DNA of 64,000 nt, from assembly GCA_040755955.1 (NCBI GenBank), contig JBFMAA010000009.1, positions 1 through 64,000 on the forward strand, in the 5' to 3' direction. A model generated the notes under the pieces. That model saw only the letters and a program-made list of their open reading frames with translations. It did not search any database and was not told where the DNA came from. This document shows positions 57,135 to 64,000 of this stretch, piece by piece (position 1 is the stretch's first letter; every line of letters begins with the position of its first letter). Source of the DNA: Thermodesulfobacteriota bacterium (GTDB lineage Bacteria > Desulfobacterota > Desulfomonilia > Desulfomonilales > Desulfomonilaceae). The translations under genes and the position numbers were made by a program.

Positions 57135-60100
57135 CTACATATTCCTGCGGTATTGCCCTCCCGCTTGGAACAGGGTCCTGCTGATTTCGCCGAGGGACGC
57201 GTACTTCACGGTTTCCATGAGCTCTTCGAAGATGTTGCCGTTGCTGACCGCCACCTGGTGGAGCCTCCTCAGAGCTGCTTCGGAGTTGCCCTCGTTGCGC
57301 TCCTTGAACTCCGCGAGCCGGTCAAGCTGGGACTGCTTCTCCTCTTCCGTGCCTCGAGCCAGTTCCACGCACAAGAGGCCCGTGTCCGCGCCGTGCGGGT
57401 TGAGGAACGTGTTCACCCCGATGATCGGATACTCCCCGCTGGATTTGAGCGACTCATAGTACAGCGATTCGTCCTGGATCTTGGTTCTCTGGTAGCCGGT
57501 CTCCATGGCTCCCAGGACCCCGCCCCGCTGGGAGATTCGGTCGAACTCCTCGAGCACGGCCTCTTCCACCAGATCCGTCAACTCCTCGAGTATGAAGCTT
57601 CCCTGGTTGGTATTCTCGACCTTGCTGATGCCCCATTCCTTGTTTATGATCAACTGGATCGCCAGGGCACGGCGTACCGACTCTTCGCTCGGCGTGGTGA
57701 TCGCTTCGTCGTACGAGTTGGTGTGCAGCGAGTTGCAGTTGTCGTATATCGCGATCAAGGCCTGAAGCGTGGTCCTTATGTCGTTAAACTGGATCTCCTG
57801 CGCATGAAGCGATCTGCCGCTGGTCTGAATATGGTACTTGAGCTTCTGGGAACGCTCGTTTGCGCCGTATTTTTCTCTCATGGCAACGGCCCAGATGCGT
57901 CTGGCCACCCTCCCGATGACGCTGTACTCGGGTTCGAGGCCGTTGGAGAAGAAAAACGACAGATTCGGAGCGAAATCGTCTACATGCATTCCCCTGGACA
58001 GATAGTACTCCACATATGTGAATCCATTGGCCAGCGTGAACGCAAGCTGGGTGATCGGGTTGGCTCCCGCCTCCGCGATATGATACCCCGAGATCGACAC
58101 CGAGTAGAAATTCCGCACGTCAGTCCTGATGAAGTATTCCTGGATGTCGCCCATGATCTTGAGGGAAAAATCGGTGGAAAAGATACACGTGTTCTGGCCC
58201 TGATCCTCTTTGAGTATGTCCGCCTGGACCGTGCCCCGCACCTGGCTCAACGTCTGCGCCTTGATCGTTGCGGCCTCTTCCTTGGACGGTTCACGGCCCT
58301 TCTCCTGGCGGAACCGCTCCATCTGCTGTTCCACGGCAGTGTTGAAAAACATGGCCAGAATCATCGGCGCGGGCCCGTTGATGGTCATGGATACCGACGT
58401 GTTCGGCGAACAGAGATCAAACCCCGAATAGAGCTCTTTCATGTCGTCCAGGGTGCAGATCGATACCCCCGAAGTGCCGATCTTGCCGTATATGTCCGGC
58501 CTTACTTCAGGATCACGACCGTACAGGGTCACGGAATCGAACGCGGTGGAGAGGCGTTTTGCTTCGTAATTCGCGGACAGGTACTTGAACCGACGATTGG
58601 TTCTGAACGCGTCCCCTTCGCCCGCGAACATTCTGGTGGGATCTTCGTCCGCTCGCTTGAGCGGGAACACTCCCGCTGTGTAGGGAAACATGCCGGGAAG
58701 GTTCTCTTTGAGCCGCCACCTGAGGATCTCACCACGGTCCGTGAACCTCGGAAGCACCACCCGGGGAAGCGAGGTCCCGCTCAGCGTCCGATTGCGCATC
58801 CTGGACCTGAGCTCTCTCCCTCGGACCTTGAACACCAGCTCGTCCCCGGAGTATGTCTGCTTGATATCCTCCCATTCTCCTACCAGCCGCAGCGCCCTCG
58901 GGTCGAGTCGGCGCTCGATGGTCTCCTGAAGATCCTTGATCGACCTCAGCGCCTCCGACTCATGAGTGCCGTCTTCCCTCAGCGCCCTCGATGCTTCGTC
59001 GAGGTGCCAGATCTTGCGGACCAGCTCTTCCTGTTCCTTCCCCCAGGTGTGGTATCTGCGGATCGTGTCCGCGATGTCGGACAGGTACGAGCCGCGCTCC
59101 GCGGGGATGATAATCGTCCGTGACGAGGGCTTCTTATCCGGCCGGGTTTCGAGTCGGGTCGTCCAATTCGCGCCGGTCTTGGCGTTGATCGCCTCGATGA
59201 TGCCCACATAGAGGCTCGTTACCCCGTCATCGTTGAACCTCGATGCGATGGTCCCGTACACCTCGAAGTCCTCGAGCGGCCGGCTGAACTCGAGCCTGTT
59301 TCGCTGGATCTGTTTGCGCACGTCGTGCAGCGCGTCCTCCGAGCCCTTCCGGTCGAACTTGTTCACTGCCACGATGTCCGCGAAGTCGAGCATATCGATC
59401 TTCTCGAGCTGGCTCTGCGCACCAAATTCCGAGGTCATCACGTAAAGCGAGACATCCACCAACGGCACGATGGCCGCATCGCCTTGCCCGATGCCCGCGG
59501 TCTCAGCGATAATCAGGTCGAACCCCGCAGCCCTGAGTACGTCTATGGCTTCTTCCATGTGGCCCGGGATCTCCAGCCCCGCGGCTCGGGTCGCGAGCGA
59601 TCTGTAGTAGACTCGGTCGGTGTTGATCGAATTCATCCTGATACGGTCTCCAAGCAGCGCTCCTCCGGACTTGCGTCTGGTCGGGTCCACTGAGACGACC
59701 CCGACTGTCTTGTCCTTCTGATCGTTGAGGAACCTGAGCACTATCTCATCGGTCAGGGACGACTTGCCTGCGCCGCCTGTTCCCGTGATGCCGAGCACCG
59801 GCACTCTCCTGTCTTGGATCCTGCCTTTCAGGGCTGCCTTGATACGCGGCAGATTGCCGTTTGCAGATTCCTTGGCCACCTCCGCAGCGGTGATCATGTG
59901 TGCGATCAGTTTCCAGTTACGCGGATTGAGCTTCGCCAGGTCCCCGTCGAGGGAACCATCTGCCGTGGGGAAATCCGCGAGTTGCAGGAAATGGTTGATC
60001 ATCCCCTGAAGGCCCATGACGCGGCCGTCGTCCGGGCTGTAGATCTTGGCCACGCCGTGCTCTTCCAGCTCCCTGATCTCGTCAGCTACGATGACGCCTC

Positions 60101-60407
60101 CCCCGCCGCCGAAGACCTTGATATGCGAACACTCGTGCTCTCTGAGCATGTCGACCGCGTACTTGAAGAACTCCATGTGACCGCCCTGATAGCAGCTTAT
60201 CCCTATGGCCTGGGCATCTTCCTGGATGGCTGCGTGGACGATCTCCGCGACGGATCGGTCGTGTCCGAGGTGGATCACTTCCGCACCGGATCCCTGGAGC
60301 ACTCTCCGCATTATGTTGATGGCCGCGTCATGCCCGTCAAAGAGCGACGCGGCGGTGACGACGCGGATGTGATGTGCCGGCTTGTACGGCTCTGTCGGCT
60401 GATTCAT
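57135..60407 (-). CDS. icmF: fused isobutyryl-CoA mutase IcmF (B12-binding domain + MeaB-like G-protein + mutase catalytic domain)
   Basis: 1090 aa from ATG 60407; N-terminal [10 protein letters not shown]12 motif, P-loop [12 protein letters not shown] of MeaB/ArgK, C-terminal MCM TIM-barrel substrate domain. Confidence 0.85.
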   Translation of the reverse strand: MNQPTEPYKPAHHIRVVTAASLFDGHDAAINIMRRVLQGSGAEVIHLGHDRSVAEIVHAAIQEDAQAIGISCYQGGHMEFFKYAVDMLREHECSHIKVFGGGGGVIVADEIRELEEHGVAKIYSPDDGRVMGLQGMINHFLQLADFPTADGSLDGDLAKLNPRNWKLIAHMITAAEVAKESANGNLPRIKAALKGRIQDRRVPVLGITGTGGAGKSSLTDEIVLRFLNDQKDKTVGVVSVDPTRRKSGGALLGDRIRMNSINTDRVYYRSLATRAAGLEIPGHMEEAIDVLRAAGFDLIIAETAGIGQGDAAIVPLVDVSLYVMTSEFGAQSQLEKIDMLDFADIVAVNKFDRKGSEDALHDVRKQIQRNRLEFSRPLEDFEVYGTIASRFNDDGVTSLYVGIIEAINAKTGANWTTRLETRPDKKPSSRTIIIPAERGSYLSDIADTIRRYHTWGKEQEELVRKIWHLDEASRALREDGTHESEALRSIKDLQETIERRLDPRALRLVGEWEDIKQTYSGDELVFKVRGRELRSRMRNRTLSGTSLPRVVLPRFTDRGEILRWRLKENLPGMFPYTAGVFPLKRADEDPTRMFAGEGDAFRTNRRFKYLSANYEAKRLSTAFDSVTLYGRDPEVRPDIYGKIGTSGVSICTLDDMKELYSGFDLCSPNTSVSMTINGPAPMILAMFFNTAVEQQMERFRQEKGREPSKEEAATIKAQTLSQVRGTVQADILKEDQGQNTCIFSTDFSLKIMGDIQEYFIRTDVRNFYSVSISGYHIAEAGANPITQLAFTLANGFTYVEYYLSRGMHVDDFAPNLSFFFSNGLEPEYSVIGRVARRIWAVAMREKYGANERSQKLKYHIQTSGRSLHAQEIQFNDIRTTLQALIAIYDNCNSLHTNSYDEAITTPSEESVRRALAIQLIINKEWGISKVENTNQGSFILEELTDLVEEAVLEEFDRISQRGGVLGAMETGYQRTKIQDESLYYESLKSSGEYPIIGVNTFLNPHGADTGLLCVELARGTEEEKQSQLDRLAEFKERNEGNSEAALRRLHQVAVSNGNIFEELMETVKYASLGEISRTLFQAGGQYRRNM

Positions 60408-60661
60408 GGCGGCCCCCTTGGGTATCGGATCCAACGTCGCGCCCCCATCGGGACGGCAACTGTTCACAGCGATCAGTTCTTCCAACCAATAATCAGACCA
60501 CGAAGGCACAAACACACCAAGAAATCATAAGGCAATCTTCTTTGTGTCTTCGTGTCCTTGTGGTGAATCCTTTCTCTATCGGTTTTCCACGAACCTCGCG
60601 GTGAACGATTTCTCGGGAAGGGGAATTCCCGACTTCTCACTTGGCGGCGCGGTCATTGGTG

Positions 60662-61138
60662 TTAGGTAGTCGGTTCGTTCAGGTATCGGCGTATGAATGC
60701 TGCGGGCGCGTCGAGGTCCGATCCTCCGGGAAACACCTCCGCGACGCCCATCTCCTTGAGCACCGGGATGTCCCGACTTGGAATCACCCCGCCCACGAGT
60801 ACCGCGATGTCGTTGACCCCCTTCTCCCCGAGCAGTCGAAAGAGTTTCCTGCATATAGGAACATGGGCTCCGGACATGATGGACAAACCCACAAAGTCCA
60901 CGTCTTCCTGAATCGCGGTTTGGACGATGGCCTCAACCGTTTGGTGAAGGCCTGTGTAGATTACTTCTATCCCTGCGTCCTTGAGGGCATGGGCGATGAC
61001 CTTGGCACCGCGATCGTGTCCGTCAAGACCGGGCTTTGCGAGAAGGAGTCTCGGTTTCTTTCCAGAAGCCAATGCGACCTCCGTCCCTGGGCAGATTTTG
61101 AAGAACAGAGCGGGAAGGGATGTTGATTCCCGAATCAA
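60662..61138 (-). CDS. stand-alone cobalamin-binding domain protein (MCM C-terminal domain-like)
   Basis: 158 aa; LLAKPGLDGHDRGAKVIA (DxHxxG B12-binding motif); start codon uncertain. Confidence 0.7.
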   Translation of the reverse strand: MIRESTSLPALFFKICPGTEVALASGKKPRLLLAKPGLDGHDRGAKVIAHALKDAGIEVIYTGLHQTVEAIVQTAIQEDVDFVGLSIMSGAHVPICRKLFRLLGEKGVNDIAVLVGGVIPSRDIPVLKEMGVAEVFPGGSDLDAPAAFIRRYLNEPTT

Positions 61139-61301
61139 GCATACTCGATCTCCGTGCCGGATTCAAGACCTTGGTGCACGTTCAGGCTTCAACGGAGCTT
61201 CATGGCCGGAGGAAATCCTTGACAGGGAGTTTCCAAATGGGCTATTGTCGTGACGTAAGGTAGACGATTGTTCTCCCGTCTGATCAAGCAAGAGGTGACG
61301 A

Positions 61302-62174
61302 TTGAACGAGCGCAAGAGCACGAACGTCAGATTTTGGTCGGGGCTGCTATGTGCGCTGATGGTTCTTGCCTGCCAGGGGAACGTGGCATGGGGGCAGTCA
61401 TCGTGGTTCGACTGGTCTGACTTCCGGGCAACCACGCACGCGAGGGTCTTTCTGGCCAAGCTCGACGCAGCAAGCCTGCGCAGCAACGCAGGGGAAGTGG
61501 ACCTGAAGAAGGCTCTTGGGATAAGCGATGGCATTGCGCCTTTCCGTGAGTTCTTCGGGGAACTCTACATAGACAGACTTGGCTTCAGGTGGTACCTGGA
61601 GGATGACCGTGCCTTCAGTGGAACGCTCGACACGAATTTGGATTCCGTGTCGACACTTGACTTGAGCGCCAAGCGAGTGGGCCTGGATATCGACGTGATC
61701 CGTTTCCCGTACTTTCGGCTAGGAGTCAGCGCAGACTATACCGCGGACCGACCGAAATTGTGGGATCGTCGCTCCCTTGACGGTCAGTATTTCGCGCAGT
61801 ACACGGGGCCGCATTCGGTGACTGCCGGACTCCACGCGAGGGCTTTGCCGCTGCGGATCAAGGAAGTGCCGGTCACGCTTGAGAGCCGGGTACGTTTTCC
61901 GGTTCCTCTGGGAAGGGCTCTCGGCGATAAAGACGAAACCAGGATTACCGAGTTCGAACTTGCAGGTGGTTTGAGGCCCGCGGTGTGGGAAACGAGTCTT
62001 TTCGGGCATGCTACGTTTTCCGCCTCTCTGGAACTCGGGTACCGATGGAGCGACATGAAGCTCACCATCAACGATGCCATGGCCTACAACGGCACAAATG
62101 CCCTCGTCCCCTCCGATGTGACCCTCAAAGCCCGCTGGAGCGGCGCGTTCTTCCAGGTCGCGCTCTTCTACTAG
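61302..62174 (+). CDS. outer membrane beta-barrel protein
   Basis: 290 aa; signal peptide ...ACQGNVAWGQ, alternating amphipathic beta strands, C-terminal aromatic FQVALFY. Confidence 0.55.
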   Translation: MNERKSTNVRFWSGLLCALMVLACQGNVAWGQSSWFDWSDFRATTHARVFLAKLDAASLRSNAGEVDLKKALGISDGIAPFREFFGELYIDRLGFRWYLEDDRAFSGTLDTNLDSVSTLDLSAKRVGLDIDVIRFPYFRLGVSADYTADRPKLWDRRSLDGQYFAQYTGPHSVTAGLHARALPLRIKEVPVTLESRVRFPVPLGRALGDKDETRITEFELAGGLRPAVWETSLFGHATFSASLELGYRWSDMKLTINDAMAYNGTNALVPSDVTLKARWSGAFFQVALFY

Positions 62175-62411
62175 GGGCCCGCAAGACACGACACAAACCT
62201 TGCTTTGCGACTGCGATCAAGTGGTGGACCGTATCCACTCGTCCTGTCTCCCGTGGGTCGAAACCCGCTGCTATGACGTGTTCGCCCTTCCAGGCCGACA
62301 GAGTCCCGCTCCCTTGGATCCACCCTGAATAGCCATGGGTTCCAGCCAATGGAACTCGAACGCGACAGATGACAGAGTTGTTTCGCGGCAGGCCCTACCC
62401 TCCCGCCCCTC

Positions 62412-63686
62412 TCACGCCGTTCCGTGCATGCGCAGTCCGGACAGATGCCTCCTCAGCAGGTCCAGAGCTTGCATCGCGGCCAGAGTCTTCACCCACTCAC
62501 GTTGACCGGGAAGCAGGAACCCCCTGGAGAGAGTCGCCTCAGGCGTAACCAATCCAATGAAGAACGTGCCCACGGGCTTCTCCGGACTTCCTCCGTCAGG
62601 GCCCGCAATTCCTGTGGCTGAAATTCCGACGTCCGCCTCCCCTACCCTCGCGGCACCAAGGGCCATCTCTACCGCGCACTCATGGGATACCGCGCCGTGG
62701 GTCCGTAGGGTTTCCTCGGACACTCCCAGCACGCGCGCTTTCATCTCGTTCGAATAGCTCACCACCGACCCCATGAAGGTCCGGGAACTCCCCGGAACTC
62801 GGGTGAGCATTTCACCGATCATCCCACCGGTAATGGATTCTGCCAGAGCGAGAGTCAGCCCCCTGGCCTCCAGCAGATTCAGCACCACCTGTTCCATGGA
62901 ACGACCGTCCGTGGAGATCACGTTCTCGCTGATCCGGTCGAGTATGGCCTGTTCTCGTTCGTCCAGCCTGGCCTCAACGGATTCCCGGCTGGGTCCGCGC
63001 ACATCCACCCGCAATCTGATGATGGGGAATCTCGGCAGAAACGCGAGATGGTAGTCCTCTTCATCCGAGGACACGTCGGCCAGGATCTCTTGCAGCTTCG
63101 ACTCGGAGATTCCGTACACGTGGAGCATCCGTTTCCCGAAGACTGCGCCGGAAGTGCCGAAGCGCTCAAATATGGCGGGCATGCCACGCTCCCTGAGCAT
63201 GCGGGTCAACTCCCTGGGGACTCCAGGGAAGAACAGGGCCATGTGGCCGTCGCTCTCGATGGAAAACCCCGGAGCCGTGCCGTAATCATTGGGGATAGGC
63301 CTTGCCCCCACGGGAAAAAGCGCCTGCTTCGCGTTGCTCGGGGCCATGGGACGACCCCATTGACGGAAGCGCTCCTCGATGCGAGTAAGCTGTTCCTGAT
63401 CGGTCTCCATGGGGACGCCGAGAAACCGGGCTGCTCCCGCGGTGGTCTTGTCGTCTTCCGTCGGGCCGAGACCTCCCGAAACCACGGTCACCTGAGCCCT
63501 TTCCATGGCCGTGCGCAGTGCGTCGACGATCCTGTCCGGGTCGTCTCCCACGGAGAGCATCCCCTTGACCTCGATGCCGACTGCCCTGAGCTCGCGGGAG
63601 ATCGTCTCCCGGTTCGTGTCGCTAATGACCGCGTTGATGATTTCGTTGCCTATGGTCACTATCCAGGCTTCCAGTGGGGTTTTCAT
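62412..63686 (-). CDS. cinA: competence/damage-inducible protein CinA (MoCF-binding + PncC nicotinamide-nucleotide amidase)
   Basis: 424 aa; N-terminal MoaB/MogA-like GGLGPTEDD motif and C-terminal CinA deamidase domain. Confidence 0.85.
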   Translation of the reverse strand: MKTPLEAWIVTIGNEIINAVISDTNRETISRELRAVGIEVKGMLSVGDDPDRIVDALRTAMERAQVTVVSGGLGPTEDDKTTAGAARFLGVPMETDQEQLTRIEERFRQWGRPMAPSNAKQALFPVGARPIPNDYGTAPGFSIESDGHMALFFPGVPRELTRMLRERGMPAIFERFGTSGAVFGKRMLHVYGISESKLQEILADVSSDEEDYHLAFLPRFPIIRLRVDVRGPSRESVEARLDEREQAILDRISENVISTDGRSMEQVVLNLLEARGLTLALAESITGGMIGEMLTRVPGSSRTFMGSVVSYSNEMKARVLGVSEETLRTHGAVSHECAVEMALGAARVGEADVGISATGIAGPDGGSPEKPVGTFFIGLVTPEATLSRGFLLPGQREWVKTLAAMQALDLLRRHLSGLRMHGTA

Positions 63687-64000
63687 CTAGTGCGCCTCGT
63701 CCCAGTTCGTTCCTGTGGCGGTGTCGACCACCAGGGGCACGCTCAAGGGATATGCCCCTTCCATCTCTCTCTTGAGGAGTTTCGCTGCCTCGTCTGCGCA
63801 GTCTTCCCGAACTTCCAGAATCAGCTCGTCATGCACTTGAAGGATCATCCGTGCGGCAAGGCCGGAATCGCCGAGCACTTTGTGCACGTGAATCATCGCC
63901 AGCTTGATGATGTCAGCAGCGCTCCCTTGAATCGTGGTGTTGACGGCCATCCGACGAGCAGCTTGTTGCGCAATCTTGTTGGGATTCTTCAGGTCGGGAA
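63687..64000 (-). CDS. polA: DNA polymerase I, C-terminal end (gene continues beyond window)
   Basis: motif C region LQVHDELILEV and QGSAADIIK... terminal H; ORF open to the window edge. Confidence 0.85.
   Translation of the reverse strand, partial: PDLKNPNKIAQQAARRMAVNTTIQGSAADIIKLAMIHVHKVLGDSGLAARMILQVHDELILEVREDCADEAAKLLKREMEGAYPLSVPLVVDTATGTNWDEAH

Noticed and set aside
57153-59123. 656-aa plus-strand ORF antisense to icmF
   Set aside because: Entirely inside the well-supported icmF coding region on the other strand; composition-biased

Overview
High-GC (roughly 60-65%) bacterial chromosomal segment, most likely deltaproteobacterial or NC10-like. It is densely coded, mostly with housekeeping and envelope genes. 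Housekeeping and metabolic genes, in window order: tsaC, ribD, nrdR, a NusG-domain-II protein with a Gx transporter, a TIGR02757 protein, a Zn-phospholipase-C-like protein, bioB, a YheT hydrolase, an amidohydrolase, asnS, a flotillin-NfeD pair, an HpnJ-like B12 radical SAM protein, hflK-hflC, a membrane-anchored GTPase-like protein, a two-domain M16 peptidase, hflX, a TVP38 protein, a flavodoxin-like protein, a HAD hydrolase, argJ, a CHASE2 adenylate cyclase, a PAS histidine kinase, the qNOR-type NO reductase, an NrdG-like activase, a membrane spermidine synthase, a GNAT acetyltransferase, queF, an orphan ecfT, an SRPBCC protein, fused isobutyryl-CoA mutase icmF with a stand-alone B12 domain protein, an outer-membrane beta-barrel protein, cinA and the polA 3' end. 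Embedded in this are (i) at least four families of short dispersed palindromic/MITE-like repeats that fill almost every long intergenic gap, one copy sitting in frame inside the Gx transporter gene; (ii) three type II toxin-antitoxin pairs (VapBC, DUF2281-MazF, ParE/RelE-like); (iii) a translationally coupled ABC-type AAA ATPase plus TOPRIM/DUF4276-like gene pair (32080-34151) resembling split OLD-family defence modules (AbiL/PARIS-like), which is the best candidate for an uncharacterised system; (iv) a low-GC defence islet (52.9-57.0 kb) carrying a PD-ExK restriction endonuclease, a beta-class DNA methyltransferase and a HEPN (Rx4-6H) protein next to a TA pair; (v) an FNR/DNR-type palindrome (TTGAC-N4-GTCAA) upstream of the NO reductase. 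No rRNA, tRNA or CRISPR array was recognised. All functional calls are motif- and architecture-based readings of the supplied translations; no database search was run.
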